A stretch of DNA of 38,770 nt from Octopus bimaculoides (Eukaryota), in assembly GCF_001194135.2 (NCBI RefSeq), contig NC_068990.1, positions 23,024,258-23,063,027 on the forward strand, read 5' to 3'. Positions 12,163-22,565 of this stretch are shown one piece after another; position 1 is the first letter of the stretch; the number at the start of each line of letters is the position of its first letter. The notes below the pieces were generated by a model. The model was not told the origin of the DNA. It worked only from the letters and a program-made list of their open reading frames with translations, and searched no databases. Made by a program: the position numbers and the translations under genes.

Positions 12163-12483
12163 CTGTGGAATAAAGAAATTACAGTAAAAACATCGAATCT
12201 GCTAGAAATAATCACCAAAGTTAAAATAACTAACAGCTTATCCATATATTCGTAAGATGTCAAAATATAAATTTTTACATCACCTAAAGTTTATAAATGG
12301 AAAAAAAAATCATTTAACTATAGAAGTAAAAAGAAAGAAAAAATGCTTTTGAGCGCTTAGAAATACTAAATGATAGGTAATTAACATAAGAGTCAGTTAA
12401 TATCCTGTTCCTAATTGAAGCAAACATTGTAATGATTCAAAGTCACAAAATATAAACCAACAACTGGCTTCTCTGAAATTTAC

Positions 12484-12544
12484 CTTTTGGTTTTTCAAAA
12501 TTTCCTTGCGTAAATCGCTTGACACTGATGTCCTAACAAGAGAT
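12484..12544 (-). CDS. UGGT1: UGGT exon (61 nt): SLVRTSVSSDLRKEILKNQK
   Basis: tctttcag| and |GTAAAT; matches human AITKTAVSSELRTEVEENQK; phase 2 to 0. Confidence 0.94.
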
Positions 12545-14068
12545 CTGAAAGAAAAGTTTGTTTGAAAATAATTATTACCTATTAAAAAAAAAACAAATAA
12601 TAAAATACTTCCATTTACATTCATCACAGGTGTTTGTTTAAAAAAAAAACATGATAAATAATTCAGTGAAAATGGGAAAAGTAGATTTTGTTCCAAGACC
12701 TCCAACTTTGAAATCTAAGAAGAATCTTTGATTGATCATCAACCCTAATTTTCAGAGATTAATTTGTGATAAGCATAACAATTAGCAGCATATCACGTTA
12801 TCCTAGATCACTGACAAATGAATCAGTGATAAATGAGAATAGATGGTTAGGAACCAAAACCAATATCATATGATCATGAGCCCAACACCCTAACCACTAA
12901 TTCATGTGCCCCCACAAATGAGGATAGATGTATCGATAAAATTCTGCTGCTTCCTGCGACATTGTTGGGTGTTATGCTTTAAACAACCTTATACAAGGAA
13001 CAGAACAGATGAAGTAATCTTAACAACGAAACACAGTGAAGCAGCAAATTCATGTGGTATTGTTTAAACTCTCATGATTAGGGAATGAAAGACGTAAATC
13101 GTAATCATAATCGTTAACGTAATGAAACAATGTTACAAAGATTTATAAAACCTATGTATCAAATTTGAAAAAAAAAAAAAAAAAAAATTATAAAATGTGG
13201 AATCATCATAAGTCGAGCTAATTTATTCATAATCATTCAACACTAGCATTTAAATTGGCTATATCGAACCTAAATATTCTACCTTTTTTATATTCAAACT
13301 GGCCAGATCTGGCCCCTCACACCTACCCTACAATCATCATCATTTAACATCTGCTTTCCATGTTGGTATGGGTTGGATGGTTTGACTGAGGACTGGCAAG
13401 CCAGGAGGCTGCACCAGGCTCCTATCCGATCTGGCAAGGTTTCAACAGCTGGATGCCCTTCCTAGCGCCAACCACTCCGAGAGTGTNNNNNNNNNNNNNN
13501 NNNNNNNNNNNNNNNNNNNNNNNNNNNNNNNNNNNNNNNNNNNNNNNNNNNNNNNNNNNNNNNNNNNNNNNNNNNNNNNNNNNNNNNNNNNNNNNNNNNN
13601 NNNNNNNNNNNNNNNNNNNNNNNNNNNNNNNNNNNNNNNNNNNNNNNNNNNNNNNNNNNNNNNNNNNNNNNNNNNNNNNNNNNNNNNNNNNNNNNNNNNN
13701 NNNNNNNNNNNNNNNNNNNNNNNNNNNNNNNNNNNNNNNNNNNNNNNNNNNNNNNNNNNNNNNNNNNNNNNNNNNNNNNNNNNNNNNNNNNNNNNNNNNN
13801 NNNNNNNNNNNNNNNNNNNNNNNNNNNNNNNNNNNNNNNNNNNNNNNNNNNNNNNNNNNNNNNNNNNNNNNNNNNNNNNNNNNNNNNNNNNNNNNNNNNN
13901 NNNNNNNNNNNNNNNNNNNNNNNNNNNNNNNNNNNNNNNNNNNNNNNNNNNNNNNNNNNNNNNNNNNNNNNNNNNNNNNNNNNNNNNNNNNNNNNNNNNN
14001 NNNNNNNNNNNNNNNNNNNNNNNNNNNNNNNNNNNNNNNNNNNNNNNNNNNNNNNNNNNNNNNNNNNN

Positions 14069-14111
<43 letters not shown>

Positions 14112-14345
14112 ATGTATGTATGTGTGTGTATATGTTTGTGTGTCTGTGTTTGTCCCCTCAGCATCGCTTGACAACTAATGGTGGTGTATTTACGTCCCCG
14201 TAACTTTGCAGTTCAGCAAAAGAGACCGATAGAATAAGTACTAGGCTTACAAAGAATAAGTCCTGGGTTCGATTTGCTCGGCTAAAAGGTGGTGCTCCAG
14301 CATGGCCGCAGTCAAATGACTGAAACAAGTAAAAGAGTAAAAGAG
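14069..14345 (+). mobile_element. SINE family A, 3' half, beginning at a gap edge
   Basis: Same tail as 15800-16015. Further partial copies: 1800-2030(-), 7223-7385(-), 10440-10585(-), 19370-19620(-), 24600-24770(+), 26525-26605(-), 29935-30110(-), 30495-30635(-). Confidence 0.85.
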
Positions 14346-14376
14346 TATACAACCGAAACAAAACAAAATGACAAAC

Positions 14377-14476
14377 CTTGCTTGAACTGGGAAGTTTTGA
14401 CTGATGGTCTGCAGGACATTGAGAGCATCTTTTGGTGGCGTTAATATGGCCTTTTGAGCAGCTTGTAAACTAAGGT
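14377..14476 (-). CDS. UGGT1: UGGT exon (100 nt): LSLQAAQKAILTPPKDALNVLQTISQNFPVQA(R)
   Basis: cttcattccag| and |GTTTGT; DLS.Q.A and SQNFP motifs; phase 1 to 2. Confidence 0.95.
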
Positions 14477-14525
14477 CTGGAATGAAGGAATCAAAAGGAA
14501 CAGTGAATTGCCTGATTATTTCTCA

Positions 14526-14963
14526 TAAACCCCTTTGATACCAACCCATCCCAAACTGACACCGGTGCCATGATACAAAGTTCATTTAAAATGATCTAAA
14601 CTAAAACCATTCATTAAAAATTCAAGTTAACCCTTTAGCATTCACAGACTGCTCAATCAAATGTAATGGTTATTTATTTACATTATTTTGAATTAATTGT
14701 GGATTAACTTATCTTTAGATGTGATTGTTTATTTTGGGAATGACATTGTAGGGTAGGTATGAGAGGTTGAATTTGGTCAGTTTGAACATAAAACAAAATA
14801 TTTTGGCCTGATATGGCCAGTTTAAATGCCACAGAGTTAATTTGTATCCTAAACCAGTTTAATAGTACAAAGTTATATTACTAAATTCTTCATTTTTTCG
14901 AAATTAATTGCAACAACAGCAGCGTATTTCAGAAGAAATACCATATGGTAACAAAAGCTTTAA
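14526..14963 (+). mobile_element. TTAA MITE family P2 with a nested P1 copy (14627-14840) inserted at an internal TTAA
   Basis: Outer ends aacccctttgatacc...ggtaacaaaagctTTAA; inner element TTAAccctttagcatt...aaatgccacagagTTAA. A P2 reverse copy lies at 5433-5738. Confidence 0.78.
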
Positions 14964-15278
14964 TAATTAAGACAAAATAATTCAATGCTGCTCCAGTAAT
15001 TTAATTAGAGGGTTATTTATTTTTACTACAAACAAGGTCTTCATTGCACAAACATTAATAAAATAGGGATCATAATAGCATTGTATTGATATATAATTTA
15101 TTTAGAATTAACCTAAAACTATGCCATGTTTGGAACACAATCTAAATTAATTGATAGAGAATTTTATTTTAAAATTTCATATCAAACAATAAACATAGTT
15201 AATAATGCACAAAACAGCCGTATGAAATTAAAATGAGAAACTTCATCTGTAAACATGCATAAGTATAGGAGAACAAAC

Positions 15279-15379
15279 CTTGTAACTGCCAGACTTTCAT
15301 TGGTGTGAGTTCTGTGGCTGTATCTAAGAGGTAGTCATGAAATTCCCTTAGCTTAGGTATTAAATCAGGATAGAGCTGT
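15279..15379 (-). CDS. UGGT1: UGGT exon (101 nt): QLYPDLIPKLREFHDYLLDTATELTPMKVWQLQ(D)
   Basis: ttatttcag| and |GTTTGT; P.KVWQLQD motif; phase 2 to 1. Confidence 0.96.
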
Positions 15380-15689
15380 CTGAAATAAATCAAAATACCA
15401 GAGAAGGAAATCTATATTGATTAAACTTATTGTCACGAGAGGATTCTTTAAAATACAGGGAGTTTCATTCACCATCAATCCTGTCATCACTGAAGTCATA
15501 TGAAATAAAAGTAAACATCTACATTTCCATGCTTGCATGAGTCAGAAACGGAATTTGTTGTTGGGGCAGGTTTTTCTACAGTTGGGTGCCCTTCCTGTCA
15601 CTGACCTTCACCTGTTTCCAAGCAAAGTTAATATTTCCCCATGGCCAAACATGTCTTTCATGGGAGACTGGAAATGAACAGCAAGTGTC

Positions 15690-15764
15690 TTCTACTATAT
15701 CCTCGGGCCGACCAAAGCCTTGTGAGTGGATTTGGTAGGCAGAAACTGAAAGAAGCCCGTCGTA

Positions 15765-15805
<41 letters not shown>

Positions 15806-16015
15806 TTGTGCGTCTGTGTTTGTTCCCCCAACGTCGCTTGACAACCGATGCTGGTGTGTTTACGTCCCCGTAACTTAGCGGTTTGGCAAAAGAGACCAAT
15901 AGAATAAGTACTAGGCTTCCAAAGAATAAGTCCTGGGGTTGATTTGTTCGACTAAAGGCGGTGCTCCAGCATGGCCACAGTCAAAAGACTGAAACAAGTA
16001 AAAGAGTAAAAGAGT
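15690..16015 (+). mobile_element. SINE family A, headless young copy fused to an RTE-type fragment
   Basis: gtgtcttctactatatcctcgggccgaccaaagccttgtgagtggatttggtaggcagaaactgaaagaagcccgtcg(TA)n...cagcatggccacagtcaaaagactgaaacaagtaaaagagtaaaagag. Confidence 0.88.
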
Positions 16016-16149
16016 AATAGGGTTAAGTTATGTTATGGATATTAAAGAATATGCATAACAAACAATTACAGGAATAATTGACCAATATATAATTATAAAG
16101 ATTCTTTTCTTTGTCGATAAAAAAAATAAACCTGAAGTAAAATACTTAC

Positions 16150-16225
16150 GAGAGCTTTTTGAAGTTAAAACCTTTTAATTCTTCTTCCCAGTTAGCATTT
16201 TCTTCAGATGCTTTAGCCTTTTCAT
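16150..16225 (-). CDS. UGGT1: UGGT exon (76 nt): EKAKASEENANWEEELKGFNFKKL(S)
   Basis: gtattttag| and |GTAAGT; matches E(V/L).GF.F.KL; phase 1 to 2. Confidence 0.92.
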
Positions 16226-16821
16226 CTAAAATACATAAATATTTAAAATATGAAACTATATAAAAGGCATGAAGAAACACTAGAATCTTGAAACAAGATT
16301 TCATAAAGAAAATATAAAGCTTTTACAAATACAGAAAAAAAAAAGAAGCTCACGAACCCTTTTAAATGCAAACCAATCAAATGTGAAATTATGACTGCGA
16401 CCGCTTGTCAATCAGGCAAACTGAAGTAAGTAGAATTATGCCCCTTGGTCAGGATCACAAACGAGATGAACATATGATTGGTTGCTCTATTCTTTCTTTC
16501 CTTTTACTATTGTTATATCGATTTCTGCAACTATTATTCATTTTCAATTCTATGCAACCCACCAAGGTTCCCCAACCACAAATAATCTCACTTTGATTAT
16601 CCTATAATCAGATTGCAATAGGATTTCAAGCAAGATAACGGATTTACAAGAGTAGATGGCAGGAAAAACATTCAAGAATAGAAGTGTTTTAAGGGTCCAG
16701 AAATACTCAATAGAAGCACCATATTTGATGACATTTTTCCCTTCAAAAAAATGTCTCAAAAACGACCTCATGTCCTTCATGTGAAGTTGGGCCTCCCAAA
16801 GGATTTAATGCTCAGAAAACA

Positions 16822-17982
16822 GATAACTCTTTCTAATTTTGGCACAAGGCCAACAATTATGAGGAGAGGGGGCAAGTTGGTTACATGATCTCTGTACTTG
16901 TCTAGTATTTATTTTATTGACCCAGGAGGGATGAAAGGCAAAGTTGAACCCAGTGCAACGGGAATCCAGAAAATAATGAATCAGAGGAAATGCTATAGAT
17001 TTTGTCCAATACACTAACGAATCTATAGATTTTGTCCAATGCAGTAACGAATCTATAGATTTTGTCCAATGCACTAACGAATCTATAGATTTTGTCCAAT
17101 GCACTAACGAATCTATAAATTTTGTCCAATGCACTAACGAATCTATAAATTTTGTCCAATGCACTAACGAATCTATAGATTTTGTCCAATGCACTAACGA
17201 ATCTATAGATTTTGTCCAATGCACTAACGAATCTATAGATTTTGTCCAATGCACTAACGAATCTATAGATTTTGTCCAATGCACTAACGAATCTATAGAT
17301 TTTGTCCAATGCACTAACGAATCTATAGATTTTGTCCAATGCACTAACAAATCTATAGATTTTGTCCAATGCACTAACGAATCTATAGATTTTGTCCAAT
17401 GCACTAACGAATCGATAGATTTTGTCCAATGTACTAACAAATCTATAGATTTTTGTCCAATGCACTAACAAATCTATAGATTTTTGTCCAATGCACTAAC
17501 GAATCTGCCAGTTTGCTGCCCCATTAAAGCGATGATAATTCTTTCTAGCTTTGGTGGGGGGAGAGGGCAAGTTGATGACGCTGACCCTAGTGCTTCACTG
17601 GTACTTGTTTTATCAACTCCAGTGGGATGGAAAGCAAAGTCAACTTTGGTGAAATTTGAACTCAGAAGGAAGCGAGTTGGAAGAAATGCCACTAAGCATT
17701 TTGTCCAATGCACTAACGATTACGCCAGATTATCACCTTACTAAAGCTGCTGATAATCCTTTCTACTATAGGCACAATGCCTGAAATTCTTCTCCCGTTT
17801 TTTCGGTGGTGGGAAATGGCTAGTTGATTACATCAGCACCTGTACTCCACTAGTATTTGTTTTATCAACACTGGGCAAAGTCAGACTTCGTGGAAATTAA
17901 ACACAAACAGTAGACAAACAAAATGCTACTAATCATTTTACACCTCGCATGTTAACAATTATACCAGCTCATTGCCTTACTA
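16822..17982 (-). mobile_element. Three head-to-tail copies of a tRNA-derived SINE (family B); the first carries the minisatellite
   Basis: Each copy shows ggcacaa(g/t)gcc... gtac/tattt..ttatc.a... aaggcaaagt... tttgaactcaga... ctaagcattt... ctgccagc..cctta. Copies at about 16822-17530, 17535-17742 and 17755-17982. Confidence 0.85.
16993..17504. repeat. Minisatellite, 17 tandem units of about 30 bp (CTATAGATTTTGTCCAATGCACTAACGAAT)
   Basis: Counted directly: 15 units of 30 bp plus 2 of 31 bp, with few substitutions and no spacers; embedded in a SINE copy. Confidence 0.98.
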
Positions 17983-18015
17983 AAGGCTGATAATAATGGA
18001 AATCATTTGACTTAC

Positions 18016-18112
18016 CTTCAACTTTGGTATCATCTTTTGCTTTATATTCTGTGCTTTTTATTGCGAGTTCAACAGCATAGCCCGACAGATAAACCTTCTC
18101 GTTAGAAGGTTT
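18016..18112 (-). CDS. UGGT1: UGGT exon (97 nt): KPSNEKVYLSGYAVELAIKSTEYKAKDDTKVE(D)
   Basis: cttacaacag| and |GTAAGT; UGGT signature VYLSGY.VELAIKSTEYKAKDD; phase 0 to 1. Confidence 0.97.
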
Positions 18113-19083
18113 CTGTTGTAAGAAATAAATTTGAAAAAGAAATCATTTAAAAAGGAAATAATTTTGAATTTTGTGAGGGAGGTAAAAAAATATCTTTACG
18201 GAATTTACATAATGAATAAACAGAGATTTCAAGGAAGCTTTAACAGGGCCATTTCATCTACTAGATATAACAACTAAACTGCTCTCAAATTGTAATTTAC
18301 AATCTTAAAGCATTGTATGCACCTCTCCCTCGCATATTACTCAATTTACATCACCTTTGCTGCGACTTATTACCTCCCTGACCAACACCTAATTCTTCTA
18401 CCTTCCTCTCCAACTGATGCCTGTATTTACATTCACCACTCACTGCATTTTCCCTCTATCCACCAGCCACTCACCTCTCACAAACTTACTTACCCACCCA
18501 TACCAATTGTCTTGTATTCACCTTCCTGTAACTTGAGGGTGCACCCTGACACATCCTCATCGCCATCCTCCTCCTCCTCCTCCTCTTCCAACTGGGATAA
18601 CCATACATCTCCCCTGCAGCAAGACACCTGTTCTTGACCCTCTATCATAGTTTAGCCTATTATCACCAGGCACAAAACCACCTCCCTCTATACTACACAA
18701 CTGCCTTCAGCTGAGCGGTCCTGTCTTGCAAGTCACTTGGTGACCCCCATTGATGCTGGTGCCACATAAAAGTCACCCAGCAAATTTTGTAAAGTGACCG
18801 GCATTTGGAAGGGCATCCAGCTATAGAAAACCATGCCAGAGCAGTCATAGGAGCTTGATGAAGCCCTCTGGTTCACCAAATCCTGTCAAATTGTCCAATC
18901 CAATACCAGCATGGGAAAACAGACACAAAAGGACAATGATGACAATTTGGACACAAGACCAGTAATTAAGGAGAGGGCTGTTGGACAGTACTGTTGATCC
19001 CAGTACTTGACTGGTACACTATTTTATCAACCCTGAAAGAATGAAAGGTAAAGCTGACCTCAATAAATAGAAGAAGAACTCAC

Positions 19084-19258
19084 TGGAATGTAATGTCGGT
19101 ATACATAATTGATTTTTTTGTTGACAGCCAGCTTTTTGAGGTGCCGGTGAAATTCTGCTGTTGAAGTATCTCCAAGTTGAGCATATAAAATAACTGATAC
19201 ATCAGCCTGGACAGGACTTGGGTAATGATGGTCAAATGTATACGTAGCAGCCTTTAGC
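19084..19258 (-). CDS. UGGT1: UGGT exon (175 nt): LKAATYTFDHHYPSPVQADVSVILYAQLGDTSTAEFHRHLKKLAVNKKINYVYRHYIP
   Basis: atattgtag| and |GTGAGT; DH.YP, VI.Y..LG and INYV.RHY motifs; phase 2 to 0. Confidence 0.95.
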
Positions 19259-19796
19259 CTACAATATAAAAAAAAAAAGGTAAGATAACATTATAAGAAT
19301 AAAACGAGGCGTGAATGAAAGATTTGTTAAGGTTTATTAAGTCAAATCTGGAAAAGATATCAAAACCTAAATTTTTTTAAGCCTGGTACTTATTTTTATT
19401 GCTACCTTTTGCTGAATCACTAAGTTATGAGGACATAACCAAACCAACACTGATTGTCAAGCAGTCAAGCAGATGGGAGACAAACAATACAAACACAGAT
19501 ATATATGACAGGCTTCTTTCAGTTTCTGGCTACCAAATTCACTCACAAGGCTATAGTAGAAGACAATTGCCCCAGGTACTGTGCATTGGGACTGAACCTG
19601 AAGACACATGGTTACAAAGCCAGTTTATTAATCAGAGCCATAGTTTACCCTCTTTTTTATTTTAAACTTTGCTTAAGTTCATATTTTATTTCCAATACAC
19701 AATAACCATCAAGTGATGATCATTAGTGGTTCCAACATTACTATTATTACTAAAGCCAGTTTTGTCCTACTGGGCAAATGGAATACTCTATACTAC

Positions 19797-20113
19797 CAAG
19801 GCTGGCCAACCTGAGGCCTGCAGACTTTTATCTTGTGGCCCACTTGATACTTTCTTGAAACGGGTTTATTCAAAAAAATGTTTTTTTTAAATTTTATCAA
19901 AAATTAAAGATTATAATGAAAAGTGAAATGGAAAGATACTACTGTTTTTGCAACAATGATATTTCAGGTGGAATCAATTTTAAACAAATAAAAAGTTTGA
20001 AAAATTCTTGATTGTGTAATTTGATTATTTGGCTATTAGTGCATAAAGTATACAAGCAGCCCATAAAAAAAACTTTCTGTGATTAAAGTGGTCTGCAATG
20101 TTGGCCAGGCCTG
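19797..20113. mobile_element. hAT-like MITE (about 317 bp)
   Basis: TIRs CAAGGCTGGCCAAC / GTTGGCCAGGCCTG; imperfect 8-bp flanks ctctatac(tac) / ctctataa. Confidence 0.7.
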
Positions 20114-20431
20114 CTCTATAAGCTCTAGTGAACTGCAAGAAATAGCAGCCAAATCTCTTTCAAATCACACAAGGTAAGAAAGCATTATCTAACGGATAAT
20201 ATACGTCCTAGAATCCCTGCAAAAAGATGGGATGATCGATACAGTTAGATGGACCTTAATTAAAGGTCTGCTCCATCAGCAAAAACTACAAACAGGTGAG
20301 GCTTGGTGACAGGAAGGGTATCCAGTTGTAGAGCATCTGCCTCAACAAACACCATCTGAGCAATGCAAGCATGGAACAGTTAACGATAAAAACAACGAAT
20401 GAATAGATGAATATATGCAGAAAGTATTTAC

Positions 20432-20571
20432 CTCTTTGGAGCGGATTTAATAAGTGCATCAATATCATTAATGTTACATGCTATTTCACCATGAATATTT
20501 ACAAACACATCACAGTTATCAGCTAATTTCTTTTGGGAGACAATTAAGCTTTTTTTCTCTTCCTGAGCCAT
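20432..20571 (-). CDS. UGGT1: UGGT exon (140 nt): MAQEEKKSLIVSQKKLADNCDVFVNIHGEIACNINDIDALIKSAPK(R)
   Basis: ctgattgtag| and |GTAAAT; retains the C-x-x-F-x-x-x-H-G-x-x-x-C pattern; phase 0 to 2. Confidence 0.92.
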
Positions 20572-20694
20572 CTACAATCAGAAAAGAAAAAAAGAAAACA
20601 TCACATTAAACAAAAACCTTCAAACGTTCATGAATTAGTATAATTTGCAATAAGACATATACCAAGCAAAAATTTTTAAAAAAAGAGATTTAAT

Positions 20695-21128
20695 TTAACC
20701 CTTTAGCATTTAAACCAGCCATATCTGGCCCAAATATTCTATTGGTTTTAGGTTCAGACCAGACAGATCTAGCTTTTCACACCCACCCTACAATGTCATT
20801 CTGAAACTAAACAATCGCTCCATCGAAATCTCAAAGCTACGAAATAATGTGAGATTATTTCAATCAATGGGAATGAATAAGCATTATATTTGCCAGAGTA
20901 ATCTGAATGCTAAAGGGTTAAACTGGCCAAATCTGGTCAAAATATTCTAATTCTTATGTTCAAATTGGCCAGATCCAGCCTAAAACTCAAACCCTACAAT
21001 GTTATTCTAAAGATAACCAATCGCACAATTAAAATCTCAAAACTAAGAGCTAATGGATAATTAATTCAAAACAATGTGAATAAATAAGCATTACGTTTGA
21101 CAGAGGGATCTAATCGCCAAAGGGTTAA
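20695..21128 (+). mobile_element. TTAA-flanked piggyBac-like MITE (family P1): full copy 20695-20921 plus a tandem left-truncated copy to 21128
   Basis: TTAA-CCCTTTAGCATT ... AATGCTAAAGGG-TTAA terminal inverted repeats; about 225-bp AT-rich body; no ORF. Confidence 0.85.
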
Positions 21129-21399
21129 TGACAAAAAACGCCAGGCATTGTAAGCCAAAGGTTCTTGTGAGAGAAAAAAAAAAAGCAAGTAAGGAATGGA
21201 AATAACAATCAATATCATCGTTATTGTTTGCAGGTCCACTTTTCCAGGATTGTACGAACGAAACAGAAATTGTTTAAGAAACAGGGTAGGCATCGGATTG
21301 TAAAAAATTTGCCTGAACACTATACTGGAAGCAGAATGGACTAGGATAATCTCTAGACATAACAGTAGCAGTCGTACATCTATCTGTAAACACCAGATA

Positions 21400-21562
21400 T
21401 TATATGTGCATGCGTGTATATACATAGATATATGTGTGCGTACATACATACATATTCATACATGCAATTACATAAATGTACGTACATACATATACATATA
21501 TGTACATACATACATATACATACATATGCACACACACACACACACATATATATGTGTACATA
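21400..21562. repeat. Degenerate (TA/CA/TACA)n tract directly 5' of the RTE fragment
   Basis: Seen directly. Confidence 0.9.
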
Positions 21563-21564
21563 CA

Positions 21565-22072
21565 AGAATAAGATTAGGCTGGGCAAAGTTCAGAGAGCTC
21601 CTGCCCCTGTTGGCAACAAAGAGTATCTCTCTCAGAGAGAAAGGCAGATTGTATGATGCCTGTGTGTGAACAGCTATGCTGCATGGCAGTGAAACATGGG
21701 CTATGACAGCTGAGGACATGCATAGGCTTGAAAGAAATGAAGCCAGTATGCTTCGCTGGATGTGCAATGTCAGTGTGCGTGTGCAACAGAGTGTAAGCAT
21801 CTTGAGAGAAAAGTTAGGCATAAGAGGAATCAGACGTGGTGTGCAAGAAAGACGATTATGCTGGTATGGTTATGTGATGCATATGGACGAGGATAGCTGT
21901 GTAAAGAAGTGCCAGTCTCTAACTGTGGAGGGAACCTGTGGTAGAGGTAGGCCGAGGAAGACATGGGATGAGGTGGTGAAGTATGACCTTCGAATTTTGA
22001 ACCTCACAGAGGCAATGACTAGTGACCGAGACCTTTGGCAATGTGCTCTGCTTAAGAGGACCCGTCAAGCCA
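21565..22072 (+). mobile_element. 5'-truncated RTE-clade LINE fragment (C-terminal ORF remnant) with premature stop
   Basis: Translates RIRLGWAKFRELLPLL..KGRLYDACV*TAMLHGSETW..RLERNEASMLRWMC..RRLCWYGYVMHM..GRGRPRKTW, the typical post-RT C-terminus of RTE LINEs. TGA at 21667-21669. Confidence 0.92.
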
Positions 22073-22434
22073 TGTGCTGGTGGCACATAAAAAAAAAAAA
22101 AAATCAACCTTTGTACGTCGGGCCCCACGGAGGCAAAGTGGCTGAGTACCTTTCGAAGTAATTTAAATGTCACTGTCATACAAGCAATGCTGTTTGTTTC
22201 CTATCTTCTGTGTAAACATCTCAGCCATGGGGAAGTAGTACCTTGCTGGGAAACAGCTGAGGGGTGATGTTAGGATGAGAAGCATTCAACCATAACAAAT
22301 CTGCCTCAACGAATTCCATCAAACCCATGCAAGTACGGGGAGGAAGGTGGATGCCAAAACGGTGATAAAGGAGATGGTGAAGAAGCCTGAATGTCAAAAA
22401 TACAAAGTGACGAATATGAACCGACTGTACAAAC

Positions 22435-22565
22435 CTGACTATACATCTCGACATCTGGGGAATGGACGCGCAACGATAATGTAAGCTTAAGTAAGTTAAG
22501 CTGCAAAGAAGAGAGATACTTAGCAGCCATCTCCAAGAGAAGATTGTAGGAAGTTTCTTTAGAAC
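22435..22565 (-). CDS. UGGT1: UGGT exon (131 nt): SKETSYNLLLEMAAKYLSSLQLNLLKLTLSLRVHSPDVEMYSQ
   Basis: ccattgcag| and |GTTTGT; matches human LEAAFQFLSPLQQNLFKFCLSLRSYS; phase 1 to 0. Confidence 0.95.

Noticed and set aside
16805-17471. Long minus-strand ORFs with 10-aa repeats (DSLVHWTKSI)n and (RFVSALDKIY)n
   Set aside because: They follow from a stop-free 30-bp unit. The array lies inside a SINE in an intron, with no splice or start context.
16993-17504. CRISPR-like array
   Set aside because: Units are contiguous with no unique spacers, there are no cas genes, and the context is a eukaryotic intron.
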